64,000 nt of DNA from positions 65,525 through 129,524 of the forward strand of contig JAWOCD010000084.1 in assembly GCA_046483985.1 (NCBI GenBank), read 5' to 3'. Positions 1 to 9,787 of this stretch are shown piece after piece. Within the stretch, counting starts at the first letter, position 1, and the number at the start of each line of letters is the position of its first letter. The notes under the pieces were generated by a model, which was given only the letters and a program-made list of their open reading frames with translations, was not told the origin of the DNA and did no database searches. A program made the position numbers and the translations under genes. Source of the stretch: Promethearchaeia archaeon (GTDB lineage: Archaea; Asgardarchaeota; Lokiarchaeia; Sigyniarchaeales; SOKP01).

Positions 1-476
1 ATAATGGAGATTGGAGTAAACCCGTGGAGGCAATTGCAGAAGCAAAGGAAGGTGATGTCATTGTTATTGATGCATGTGAAGGAAAAGATGCAGTGTGGGG
101 GGAACTAGCTTCTTGGAGCTGTAAAACAAAAGGTATATCTGGAGTAATCATCGATGGAGCCGTGCGTGATATTGACGATATTCGGAAAATTAAGTTTCCG
201 GCCTTTGCTCGGTATTTTACGCCCACCGCGGGAGAGCCTCGAGGGTTAGGGGAGATAAATGTAAGTATTGAATGTGCCGGACAACCAGTAAATCCCGGAG
301 ATTGGGTTGTCGCAGACGCTTCTGGAGTAGTAGTCATCCCTAAAGAAAAGTCCCAAGAAATGGCCAACCGCGCTATTGATGTGTTTGAAAAAGAAAACCG
401 CATAAGAGAAGAGATTAAACGCGGATCCACCCTTTCAGAAGTAATGTATCTAAAGAAATGGGAAAAACAAAAATAA
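1..476 (+). CDS. RraA/HMG-aldolase-like domain, probably the C-terminus of a hexulose-6-phosphate synthase-RraA fusion (5' partial)
   Basis: Frame is open from the window start (NGDWSKPVEAI...). Motifs GDVIVID, AVWGELA, IDGAVRD, VNPGDWVVADASGVVVIP. Confidence 0.8.
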   Translation, partial: NGDWSKPVEAIAEAKEGDVIVIDACEGKDAVWGELASWSCKTKGISGVIIDGAVRDIDDIRKIKFPAFARYFTPTAGEPRGLGEINVSIECAGQPVNPGDWVVADASGVVVIPKEKSQEMANRAIDVFEKENRIREEIKRGSTLSEVMYLKKWEKQK

Positions 477-568
477 ACTTAAATTTATTTTATCATTAAA
501 ATATCATCAGAGTTTTTTGTATTCTAGAAATTGGGATATAATGTAGATAGTAAGGGGTCAAGAGATGA

Positions 569-642
569 AGCCAGAGGAGAGATTTGAACTCCCGCTGATC
601 AACTCTGCAGGCTGACGCTCAACCGGGCTAAGCGACTCTGGC
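569..642 (-). tRNA. tRNA-Cys(GCA)
   Basis: Reverse complement GCCAGAG...TCAGC-CTGCAGA-GTTGA...GGGAGTTCAAATCTCTC-CTCTGGC-T; cloverleaf with anticodon GCA and discriminator U. Confidence 0.92.
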
Positions 643-740
643 ATTTATAAAAGAGTTAATATAAAGATTAAAAAATCTTACTTAGTAAAAAGAGAGATTA
701 AATTTTAATTTTATGATTGACCATCATAGATTTTATTTCA

Positions 741-1682
741 TCAAATTATGGTTTCCAGATGAGATTGTATTTTGTCCAGTTCTGCTTTTATCGGCTTAAG
801 ATTGTCCGAATAGGTTGACACCTCTAAATAAAGAATAATCGATCCATGCTCTTTCTCGATTGTATATTTTTTGACATATTGTGCAGTATTATCTGAGCAT
901 ATAAGCCGTTCGTCAATCCCGACATCCTCATCAGTCAACCGTTGAAAAAACTCCAAATTCTCATTCATTTTGCTGCTAATTTGTTTCTGAAATTCCCAAG
1001 GATCCATGACTTCACTATAATTATCTGCGATAATTAACCCCGCATTGGTATAAAGAATAGCATGATGACAGCCGTAATTTTGAGTCAGATCGCGGAGTTT
1101 GGCATTTATAGAACTTACATCTAAGAGTTGATTCAAAGAATAAGAAACTGCTTTCGAAATTGAGGAGATATCGTACACCGATGTGTTAAAGAAAACAAAC
1201 TGGATATCTGGATTTCTTTTTAAAATTAGCTCCTTAATCATTTTTGTCCGCTCGCGAAATTCCTGACTTCCTTTAAATTTAGGATCATATTTATGAAAGC
1301 ATATGATGATTTCATTCTCGTAATCAAGTTCACGAAAGATTTTTAATAATTCTGAAAGATAATCCACGGACGTGCGAAATTTAAACTCGTCTTGGATATC
1401 TATTAAAAAATAGAGATAATCAGTCCCCGAAAAATAGACGGGATTATTTACATAGATTGAGCGATATTTTCCTTGTCCGCCCATATCCCACAAATTTATT
1501 GAATATCGGTTTACAAAAGTAAAGGAACTGTAATCAATTTTGATCGTGGGCTTTAAATTCTTTACTTTCTCGTGGAAATTGTATTTTTGTCTTAATGCGA
1601 TTAAAGCACTTGTTTTTCCCGCGTTATCAAGTCCCGCGAATATAATCTTTACTTCTTTGAGATTTTTTACCCGATGAGACAT
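741..1682 (-). CDS. Rag/Gtr-like small GTPase with C-terminal roadblock/longin-like domain
   Basis: G1 GLDNAGKTS, G2 PTI, G3 WDMGGQ, G4 HKYD, G5 TSVYD (HKxD/TSxxD are Rag-type); ~115-aa C-terminal extension containing AILYTNAGLII. Confidence 0.8.
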   Translation of the reverse strand: MSHRVKNLKEVKIIFAGLDNAGKTSALIALRQKYNFHEKVKNLKPTIKIDYSSFTFVNRYSINLWDMGGQGKYRSIYVNNPVYFSGTDYLYFLIDIQDEFKFRTSVDYLSELLKIFRELDYENEIIICFHKYDPKFKGSQEFRERTKMIKELILKRNPDIQFVFFNTSVYDISSISKAVSYSLNQLLDVSSINAKLRDLTQNYGCHHAILYTNAGLIIADNYSEVMDPWEFQKQISSKMNENLEFFQRLTDEDVGIDERLICSDNTAQYVKKYTIEKEHGSIILYLEVSTYSDNLKPIKAELDKIQSHLETII

Positions 1683-1741
1683 TCTTATATAAAAAATAAA
1701 TTTGAAAGTAATTAAGATATAAAATATATCAAAGAAATCTT

Positions 1742-1785
1742 ATTTATTCTTTTTGACTATGCAATTTATTCTTTTTGACTATGCA
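1742..1785. repeat. 22-bp perfect tandem duplication ATTTATTCTTTTTGACTATGCA x2
   Basis: Read directly; lies in the divergent intergenic region between the GTPase and ilvE. Confidence 0.95.
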
Positions 1786-1931
1786 ATATTACTTTAGTGG
1801 TGAGTTAAAAAAGCGTCCAGATATGTGTTTTTTCTGATTGATGGCAAAGTTAAGATTATTTAAGATATTAAATATATAAAAAATAACAATATCAACAAAA
1901 AAATAGTAATACATATAGGTGAAATTAAAAA

Positions 1932-2960
1932 TTGAAACCTGAAAATATCGATTTCTACTCACTTGGATTTGATTTTATTGAAACAAAAAGCATGTTCGTG
2001 TCAGATTATAAAGACGGTCAATGGAATGATAAAGGGATAATTCCTTTTGGAACATTTGAAATTTCTCCTGGGGCATGCGTACTTAATTACGGTCAAGGAA
2101 TCTTCGAAGGGATGAAAGCATTAGAGGCAAAAAATGGGGATATAGTCCTTTTTCGACCGGAAAAGAATGCCAAGAGATTAAATAAAAGCGCTAAACGAAT
2201 GTTGATGCCAGAATTTAACGAAAATAAATTTATTGAGTCCGTTAAAAAAGTAGTTAAAGCAAATGAAGATTATATACCACCTTATGATAGTGGGGGAGCA
2301 CTATATATTAGACCGCTTATGATTGGGAATGGTCCCGTCTTAGGAGTTGCCCCTGCGGAGGAATATAAATTCATTATATTTACGGTCCCTGTTGGTCCTT
2401 ATTTCCCAGAAGGGTTCAAAGCAATTGATTTGGAGATTTCAAAGGAGTACACACGTGCAGCTCCAGGTGGTACGGGTTTTGCAAAGACATGTTGTAATTA
2501 TGCCCCTACAATGAAACCAGCAAAAGAGACCAAAGAAAAAGGTTATGCCCAACTTATTTACCTCGACGCTCAAGAATTAAAATATATTGATGAAGTGGGC
2601 ACCGCTAATTTCTTTGCCTTAATTGATGGGAAGTTAGCGACTCCAAAAACAAAAGGAACAATTCTCCCTGGGATTACCAGAAAATCGGTCTTAGAATTAG
2701 CAGAAACGAAGTTAGGAATAGAGGGAGAAGAACGGGATATATCCTACGAAGAATTATTTGAGGACAGGTGTGCGGAAGCCTTTTGTACAGGTACTGCGGC
2801 AGTAATAACTCCTATAGGATCAGTGACTTTAAATGATAAAAAACGAGTCTGGAATGATGGGGAACCTGGAGAAGTCACTAAGAAATTATATGATCTCTTA
2901 ACGGGTATTCAGAGAAAAGAAATCGAAGATGATTTCGGTTGGGTTACCACCGTTAAATAA
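1932..2960 (+). CDS. ilvE: Branched-chain amino acid aminotransferase
   Basis: LNYGQGIFEGMKA, LFRP, LYIRP, IDEVGTANFF, ILPGITR, GTAAVITP. Confidence 0.95.
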   Translation: MKPENIDFYSLGFDFIETKSMFVSDYKDGQWNDKGIIPFGTFEISPGACVLNYGQGIFEGMKALEAKNGDIVLFRPEKNAKRLNKSAKRMLMPEFNENKFIESVKKVVKANEDYIPPYDSGGALYIRPLMIGNGPVLGVAPAEEYKFIIFTVPVGPYFPEGFKAIDLEISKEYTRAAPGGTGFAKTCCNYAPTMKPAKETKEKGYAQLIYLDAQELKYIDEVGTANFFALIDGKLATPKTKGTILPGITRKSVLELAETKLGIEGEERDISYEELFEDRCAEAFCTGTAAVITPIGSVTLNDKKRVWNDGEPGEVTKKLYDLLTGIQRKEIEDDFGWVTTVK

Positions 2961-3005
2961 TTTTAATTATCTTATTTTTTTAATTTTTTCTTATCTTTAT
3001 TAGTA

Positions 3006-3041
3006 TTGAACTACTCACGCCTAAAGGCATGAGATTCGTAA
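3006..3041 (-). mobile_element. IS200/IS605-type right-end hairpin remnant
   Basis: Reverse complement GAATCTCATGCCTTTAGGCGTGAGTAGTTCAA (GAAT guide, hairpin, terminal TCAA); related copies at 5448, 14684 and 46180. Confidence 0.8.
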
Positions 3042-3054
3042 ATACCTATTTATA

Positions 3055-3987
3055 TCATCTACTCTTTATGAATTCTAAAATTCTGTTAGCCACCAATAGG
3101 GGTTTCTCTTGATGTAGAAAATGGCCAGCATGTTTATAATATCTGATAATAAGGTTACATTTTTTATCAATATAATAGGGAAGATATCGGGTCAAATTAA
3201 AATGAAGAGCAAAATCATTTACCCCCCATAAAACGAGAGTATCACATTTCACTCTCTTAAACTTCCCAGATGAAGTAGATGGCTTAAATGCTGCTCTTAG
3301 AGATGCCCGATAATAATTAATTCCACTTAAACCTCGAGGTCGATTAAAGCAATCAATATACGCTTGCATTTCCCGTTCAGAAATGTGATCGCCAATGTTT
3401 TTGTAAATCCTTTGAATAATCCAAAAATTGTTCAGTCCTAAGATTATTTCGGGGAGATAAGGAATTTGGAAGAAAAAGATATAATATGACATGAATAGTT
3501 GTCTCGGAATATGCTGGAAAGCACGAAAAAGAAGATCAACGGGAGGACAATTTATAATAACCAAATTTTCAATTAATTCTGGGAAATATCGAGCCATATG
3601 CCAGGAGATCGCCCCTCCCCAATCATGACCAACAAGAATCACTTTATTGGTGGGAGAAATGCTTAGTATTACTTCTTTGATGTCCTCCATTAAATATTTC
3701 ATACCATAATCTTTCACATTTGGTGGTTTAGACGATTTATTGTATCCTCTTTGATCAATTGCTATAGCTTTGCGATTTCTGGCCAGAATCGGCATAATAT
3801 ACCGAAAACTATAATGAAAATCGGGAAACCCATGAAGTAATAAAATTGGCGTATCTTTTTTATTACTATTATTATAGCCCATAGATACTGCATGGATCCG
3901 CAGATTATTAACATTTAGAAACTCATGTTGAGCATCCTTCCACATATGTAAATGTAAGGGAGGTAGATTTTTAAACCATTTCCTCAT
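3055..3987 (-). CDS. Alpha/beta hydrolase, epoxide hydrolase-like
   Basis: HGFP oxyanion motif, DQRGY, GHDWGG nucleophile Asp, GHF catalytic His. Confidence 0.9.
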   Translation of the reverse strand: MRKWFKNLPPLHLHMWKDAQHEFLNVNNLRIHAVSMGYNNSNKKDTPILLLHGFPDFHYSFRYIMPILARNRKAIAIDQRGYNKSSKPPNVKDYGMKYLMEDIKEVILSISPTNKVILVGHDWGGAISWHMARYFPELIENLVIINCPPVDLLFRAFQHIPRQLFMSYYIFFFQIPYLPEIILGLNNFWIIQRIYKNIGDHISEREMQAYIDCFNRPRGLSGINYYRASLRAAFKPSTSSGKFKRVKCDTLVLWGVNDFALHFNLTRYLPYYIDKKCNLIIRYYKHAGHFLHQEKPLLVANRILEFIKSR

Positions 3988-3998
3988 AAAAAGAAAGG

Positions 3999-5003
3999 CT
4001 ATTTGAGAGAATATGCGTCCAAGACAAATTCTACAGCACGCTTCCCATCTTCAAAGTCAGGCTTTCCTTGAGTATTATCCAGAATGCTATGAATAAATTC
4101 TTCAATTAAAAGATGGTAAGTTTCTCGGTGGCTTTTTTTGAAGGATAAGGCTTCTTTTATGAGTTTTTTCTGGTGCAATTTTTTAGGAATACATGAAGCT
4201 GGCTTTTGTTTACGTAAATCAAGCGTAAGCGTTCCTTCAGTGCCAAAAATTTCAATCTTTTCATTGGGATAATTACACCATGAAACTGAAATAAGGCCTT
4301 TCGTGTTATCGAAAAATTCAAAAAGAACATTGCAGTTATCCTCCTCTTTCATATCAATGCATGATGTACCAAAGTTTATTCCGTTTATCCTAGTGGGTTC
4401 ACCAATTAGAAATCGAAGAAGATCTACTACATGAACACCTAGATCAAGAAGGACCCCACCCCCCGCCAATTTTGAATCAAAAAACCATTTTTGTTTTGAT
4501 AACGCTTGCCATGATTCGTAAGGGCCATAATGAGAAAAATAATAGCGCGCTAAGATAAGATTTCCTAACAGTTTTTCTTCTAAGATTTGTTTAACTATGG
4601 AAAATATCGGATTAAATCGCTTATTAAACATGACAAAAAAGATAAGTTCTTTTCCATCTAATGCTGACTCCACCCTGTCAAGCTCTCCTTGGGTAATACA
4701 AATTGGTTTTTCGCTCAAAATATGGAGGTCATGTTTAATAGACTCTAAAATCATCGGGGCATGAAGATAATTCGGCGTGCATATTGATACGGCATCGAGT
4801 TCTTCCGTATTGAGCATCTCCTTCCATGCATCGTCTCCAAAGTAATAATGATCTATTTCATATTTAGCTGCAAATTGTTTTGCATGATTTTTTGTTCGGG
4901 AAGCAATTGCCTCTAATTCACATTCCTCCAATTTTTGAAACCCCGCTAAATGTATATCGCCAATAGCCCCTGCCCCAATTAATCCAATTTTGATTTTCTC
5001 CAT
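3999..5003 (-). CDS. Gfo/Idh/MocA family oxidoreductase
   Basis: GLIGAGAIG, ICTPNYLH, EKP, GGGVLLDLGVH. Confidence 0.92.
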   Translation of the reverse strand: MEKIKIGLIGAGAIGDIHLAGFQKLEECELEAIASRTKNHAKQFAAKYEIDHYYFGDDAWKEMLNTEELDAVSICTPNYLHAPMILESIKHDLHILSEKPICITQGELDRVESALDGKELIFFVMFNKRFNPIFSIVKQILEEKLLGNLILARYYFSHYGPYESWQALSKQKWFFDSKLAGGGVLLDLGVHVVDLLRFLIGEPTRINGINFGTSCIDMKEEDNCNVLFEFFDNTKGLISVSWCNYPNEKIEIFGTEGTLTLDLRKQKPASCIPKKLHQKKLIKEALSFKKSHRETYHLLIEEFIHSILDNTQGKPDFEDGKRAVEFVLDAYSLK

Positions 5004-5093
5004 ACAAAATTCACCTATATAATTGTGAAATAGTTAGTTATCATATCAATTAAATGTTTCTCTCTTTCCACGATTTCTTTTAGTTTCAAAAAC

Positions 5094-5411
5094 TTATTCC
5101 TTGAGTTTTAAAGAAGGCCAAGCAATTCCTTCACCTTTACACTTTGGACATTTAGAAGGAATTCGTAATTTGTCTCCTTCTTGAGTAAATTTATAACCGC
5201 AAGCTTGGCAATATGCAGGACGCACGTATATTTGTTTTTCCTCATTTTGCAAAGTCTTATTTATGCTAAAAATATCCTCTATAAGTACATGTTTACTCGG
5301 ATATTCTAACTCCCGCATAACAAACTTTAAATCATGAATCTCTTTGTCTGACTTTAGAGCCTGAATCAATTTTTGCCGTCGAGTCTTCCAAACGTTTCTC
5401 TTTCTTCTCAT
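5094..5411 (-). CDS. Archaeal HTH plus Zn-ribbon transcriptional regulator
   Basis: TRRQKLI N-terminus; PAYCQACGY...PSKCPKCK. Confidence 0.75.
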   Translation of the reverse strand: MRRKRNVWKTRRQKLIQALKSDKEIHDLKFVMRELEYPSKHVLIEDIFSINKTLQNEEKQIYVRPAYCQACGYKFTQEGDKLRIPSKCPKCKGEGIAWPSLKLKE

Positions 5412-5447
5412 TTTCTTTATTGGAAAACTTTATAAAATATTTAAGCT

Positions 5448-5500
5448 TTGAACTGCTCACGCCTAAAGGCGTGAGATTCATATTCTTTAATGCGTGATCA
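5448..5500 (-). mobile_element. IS200/IS605-type right-end remnant
   Basis: TTGAACTGCTCACGCCTAAAGGCGTGAGATTCATATTCTTTAATGCGTGATCA, near-identical over ~53 bp to the copy at 14684. Confidence 0.8.
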
Positions 5501-5530
5501 GTTGAATTTTAAAGGCTTAATTTTTTCATT

Positions 5531-5947
5531 TTAATAATCTTTTAAGCCAGAAAAACGGTTATCAATGATGGCATCCACCTTCTGTTCGATTTTCATAGAC
5601 ATTGCATCGGGATTTTTTAAAAATTGCTTATTTTCAATAAAAATCGTAGTGGAAATCTCTTTAATCAATCGTACATCTTGTTCTCCCTTCATAAAAAATA
5701 CAAAATAAATCGACTTTTCTTCAAATAAGAGATCTTTAGTGATTATACTAATATAAGCCTCCGAAAACCCGTTTCCAAATGAGATATTGGCAATCTTTTT
5801 CTTAAATATTCTGTCTCCAATTGTTCCAATTGCAGATATTAGTCCACTTAACAGGGATTTATTCATTTCGGGAAGTGACTCATCTACTGTACGGGAATAA
5901 AACGGATAACCTTGAGAGTCACAAATTAGGATTCTTAAAATACTCAC
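5531..5947 (-). CDS. Longin/roadblock-like small protein
   Basis: ILICDSQGYPFYSR...LLSGLISAI: the beta-beta-alpha start typical of Asgard longin-like domains. GTG start. Confidence 0.6.
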   Translation of the reverse strand: MSILRILICDSQGYPFYSRTVDESLPEMNKSLLSGLISAIGTIGDRIFKKKIANISFGNGFSEAYISIITKDLLFEEKSIYFVFFMKGEQDVRLIKEISTTIFIENKQFLKNPDAMSMKIEQKVDAIIDNRFSGLKDY

Positions 5948-6289
5948 TTTAAATCATATATTAATAATTTTTGAATTAAGCGTTATTATATATTTATAAA
6001 GAGTTCTTAATGAATTTTACTTATTCTGATCTAGGAAAATAAATTTAATCTAAAAAAAAATAGTTCTATAATTTAAAAATATGGTATGACAGCTCGCTTG
6101 GGAGAGGGTTAGTTCCAAAATTTCTAATTCGAATTATGTTCCGCGTTCATTTTATCTTTCGCACAAGAAAAAAAAACGCCAAAAGATATTTGAATTATTG
6201 GAACGCTTTATTAGTTATTATCTCTTCATTCCAGTAAAGAATCCAAAACATATAATCTCTTTTCTCATTTTAATTGTAAAACTAATTAA

Positions 6290-6335
6290 TTTTCCCCACC
6301 CTAAAGGAATGGGACTTCTTTCGCAGATCGTTAAA
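6290..6335 (-). mobile_element. Possible IS200/IS605 left-end hairpin remnant
   Basis: Reverse complement TTTAACGATCTGCGAAAGAAGTCCCATTCCTTTAGGGTGGGG; resembles the left end at 46360-46399 (TGCGAxA..., CCTTTA-loop hairpin). Confidence 0.5.
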
Positions 6336-6392
6336 TAATTAAGTCAGCTAAAAAAAATTAGTACTAGAACAAAAAATAGCGGTAAAAGATCT

Positions 6393-7067
6393 ATGAAGAT
6401 TGTTGTATTTGCCCCTCATCCCGACGATGAACTAGTGGGTGCCGGAGGAAGCATATTGAAATGGCAAGAAGAAGGTCATAAAATTCATATCTGTTATGTT
6501 TCAGATGGACGAGCAGCTTATACATTTGAGAGAAAGACGGGGCGCCTGATTGAAAGTAAAGAAACACAGATATCGGAGGATGATCTGGCTGAAATTCGAA
6601 TGCGCGAAATCGATGAAGTAATAGAATTCTTGGGATTACCCCAAGAAAATATTCATAAGTTCGGGCTTCCAGATCAAAATGTTAAAAATAGAATCGAATT
6701 AGGAGTAGAAAAAACGAAACCAATAATAATTGATGCAGATAGAATTGTTTTACCCAGTAACCATAATTCTCATGAAGACCATCAAGCAACTTTCGATATC
6801 GTGATGGATGCCGCGCAAGATCTAAGCCTTGAGAAAACTGAATTTTATATCTATGCACTATATGTGGTAAATAAAGCGCCAAAGGAAAAACAGAAAAAAA
6901 TGAAAATTAAAGATTACCGAGGAAAAGTTCGAAAAGCTTTAATGCTCTATAAATCTCAAAGATTTATTAAACCCGTTCGTTCCTATTATGATGCGATAAA
7001 ATATAAGCGAGTAGAAAGATTCGGTGTTTTTAAATTATCTGATTTGGGGGAGTATGAAAATTTTTAA
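6393..7067 (+). CDS. PIG-L/LmbE family deacetylase
   Basis: FAPHPDDE, SDG, HEDH. Confidence 0.88.
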   Translation: MKIVVFAPHPDDELVGAGGSILKWQEEGHKIHICYVSDGRAAYTFERKTGRLIESKETQISEDDLAEIRMREIDEVIEFLGLPQENIHKFGLPDQNVKNRIELGVEKTKPIIIDADRIVLPSNHNSHEDHQATFDIVMDAAQDLSLEKTEFYIYALYVVNKAPKEKQKKMKIKDYRGKVRKALMLYKSQRFIKPVRSYYDAIKYKRVERFGVFKLSDLGEYENF

Positions 7068-7127
7068 CTATTTTAAATTAAATTCCAATATAAAAAAATT
7101 TAAATTATTAAAAAGTAGAGATTTAAT

Positions 7128-7766
7128 ATGGTCTATGAAGTAAGAAAGGATAAAATTCCCATTACCAAACAATATGTCTCCTTTTCAATCATAATCATTA
7201 ATATCATTGTTTTTATCGTTCAACTATTGGATCCCGAAGGACTGCTCTTCGTGGAGGAAGCAGCTTTTATTCCCGCGGAATTTTTTGCAGGTAATAAACC
7301 TTGGACGATAATTATCTCGATGTTTATGCACGGCGGTTTTTTCCATATTTTAATGAATATGATTTTCTTTTATGTGGTTTCTGATAATTGTGAGAAGGCG
7401 TTAGGACATGGTTTATTTCTTTTGATATATTTGGTTTCTGGTATCAGTGCCGCTCTCTTGCATGGTGTTATCGCAGTATTGGGCAATCAGCCTAATGTGC
7501 CCACGTTAGGAGCATCAGGGGCAATATTTGGAATTATTGCGGTATATGGTATCCTTTTCCCAAATAATAAATTGGCGTTTTGGTTACAGTTCTTTATCAT
7601 TCGATTGAAAGCAAAATATTTCGTGCTTGTGTATTTTTTGTTACAGCTGCTTTATGGATTTCTTCTATGGGGGGCCTCTTCCACTGCATATTTTGCTCAT
7701 ATCGGGGGGTTCCTTGCCGGAGCAATAAGTGCTCTCCTATTTAAACTCTTCAGCGATAAATATTGA
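7128..7766 (+). CDS. Rhomboid intramembrane serine protease
   Basis: SMFMHGGFFHILMNM, GASGA, AHIGG; multiple TM segments. Confidence 0.93.
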   Translation: MVYEVRKDKIPITKQYVSFSIIIINIIVFIVQLLDPEGLLFVEEAAFIPAEFFAGNKPWTIIISMFMHGGFFHILMNMIFFYVVSDNCEKALGHGLFLLIYLVSGISAALLHGVIAVLGNQPNVPTLGASGAIFGIIAVYGILFPNNKLAFWLQFFIIRLKAKYFVLVYFLLQLLYGFLLWGASSTAYFAHIGGFLAGAISALLFKLFSDKY

Positions 7767-7831
7767 TTATTTTTGGTCCCAAATCAGAAATGGTATTAAA
7801 AGAAAAAAATTGCCCCCTAAGGGTCTCGTAA

Positions 7832-9649
7832 TCAATCTTGAATAACAGGTAACCTTAAAAATGAGCTATGCTCTTTATCGCGCTTAATAGTAAGGTCAGG
7901 GACTCCTTTTGAGGGATAACGTGCAAATGATTCTTTATCGGCACCAGCTATGGCTAGGCGAATTCGGAATCCCTTTTTGAGGAGAATTGAGGTAGGATAA
8001 AGAGCGAATTTCAGCTCCATCAGTTCATTTGGAACTACGGGTTGAGCATCCTCCTTTTTACACGAATGATAAGGAAATGGAATTTCATACGGTGTATCTT
8101 TTGAAATTTTCCGATGCATAAAACGGATCTGACCATCTGTGACAAAGTGTATCTTGTCATTTTCGTCCAGATATTCTAAATAGACTGCAACCATTCCATC
8201 TTTATGCGAGGTTGAAAGATAAAGTGTGACAATCGGATGACCAGTAATTTCGATTGATTTTTCTAAGGGATCACTTGTATAAGTTAATAACCGTTTGTCT
8301 TGCTCTTTCCTATCATAATAATTAACCGGGACACTTAAGAGTGTATACCAGCGATTTCTTATGCCGGTTGTAACGTTAAAATCTACTCTATACGAATCTT
8401 CTCCATTAGTTTCATAAGGTTTACTCTTTCTTAAAAAATTGTCTTCACGGAGATACCACTTTTGAAACTGTTGATGTGCTGGTGGCCAAGTAGTGGTTTT
8501 CTTCCATTTTTCCTCCCCCATTGTGTAATAATAGAGAATTTTCTTATTAGAGTGATCCTCCTTTAAGCATTCATCATAAAATCGAATCCATTCTTGTATT
8601 TGTTCCTTATTGCTCAATTTGGCTTTATCTTTATGAGAAAAGTACGGATTTGCTCGATGATGGCCTTCATGATCCCAATCGCCAATCACAGCTTTCTGTG
8701 GTGTATCGAAGGTGAGGAAGCGTTCAATAACCATATTGGGCGTTGCAGAATCAAGCCAAGAACCCCAACAAAACATAGGGACATGTGATTCCTCTATTTC
8801 TTTTTGATAATTAAAAATACTGATGTCATCGAAAATGAGTCCTTCCTCATTCGCGGGATCATCTCGATACGTCATATTCCTAGCATAATCCATCGGATAA
8901 GAATTATTCAAATGGATTTGGGCAACTTCCTCTAACCTCTCATAGGCAGAATCAACAGGTTTAACCCCTCTTACTAGAAGAGAGGTAAGTCGAGCAAACC
9001 ATGGCTTGATAGGTTTAAATTCTAAAAGGGCCTTGCCATCAGTTTGGTCAAGCGCTGCACCCAGACTGGACCAATATTTTGTAAAAAATTTATTAAAACA
9101 TCCCCCAGGAAATATGGCATGCGCATAAAAATCCCACGGATTATGTTTAATGATCGCCCCTTTTAGCGCTTGATGGTTCACAGATAAGGCTAATTCTGAG
9201 GTCATTCCAGTATATGAATTGCCCCACGTTACCACCTCGCCGTTAGACCATGGTTGAGAAGTGATCCAATCAATGATCTCCGCCCCGTCATTTATCTCTT
9301 TCGGCCCCACGGGATATTCTCTATTGCCATAGGATGCTCCAGTGCCGCGGACATCAACCGTAATAATGGCATATTTATACTTCACCATATGTTTACAAAT
9401 TAAGGGATTTGTAGAATATTTAATAAGCCAGCGAAAGGGCATCTTTAAATCAATAGATCTCCAATATCTGGTCTGGATAAGAATAGCTGGGACCCTTTCT
9501 TTTTCAGCTAGGTTTTTAGGAAGTAATACATCGAGAGCAATCTCTACATTGTCTCGCATCGGAATATAATGAGATGAGATGGTATATCTTCTGTTCGATC
9601 GTTCAATAGATCTTTCTTCTTCGGATAAGAATGGAGAATTAACAGTCAT
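7832..9649 (-). CDS. CocE/NonD (peptidase S15) family hydrolase
   Basis: IPMRDNVEI, VDVRGTGAS, QPWSNG, GNSY nucleophile, C-terminal PepX-like domain (ITGHP). Confidence 0.9.
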   Translation of the reverse strand: MTVNSPFLSEEERSIERSNRRYTISSHYIPMRDNVEIALDVLLPKNLAEKERVPAILIQTRYWRSIDLKMPFRWLIKYSTNPLICKHMVKYKYAIITVDVRGTGASYGNREYPVGPKEINDGAEIIDWITSQPWSNGEVVTWGNSYTGMTSELALSVNHQALKGAIIKHNPWDFYAHAIFPGGCFNKFFTKYWSSLGAALDQTDGKALLEFKPIKPWFARLTSLLVRGVKPVDSAYERLEEVAQIHLNNSYPMDYARNMTYRDDPANEEGLIFDDISIFNYQKEIEESHVPMFCWGSWLDSATPNMVIERFLTFDTPQKAVIGDWDHEGHHRANPYFSHKDKAKLSNKEQIQEWIRFYDECLKEDHSNKKILYYYTMGEEKWKKTTTWPPAHQQFQKWYLREDNFLRKSKPYETNGEDSYRVDFNVTTGIRNRWYTLLSVPVNYYDRKEQDKRLLTYTSDPLEKSIEITGHPIVTLYLSTSHKDGMVAVYLEYLDENDKIHFVTDGQIRFMHRKISKDTPYEIPFPYHSCKKEDAQPVVPNELMELKFALYPTSILLKKGFRIRLAIAGADKESFARYPSKGVPDLTIKRDKEHSSFLRLPVIQD

Positions 9650-9787
9650 TTTATTTATTAATTTTATATTGATTTTATAGGAAATTAAAGTTCTTTCTAT
9701 TTAAATAAATTTTTTTTTTACAGAGTGATAAATTAATCTCCATAAAAAATTCTATGAGATTAAATATCCGAAGATAAAGATCTGTGT

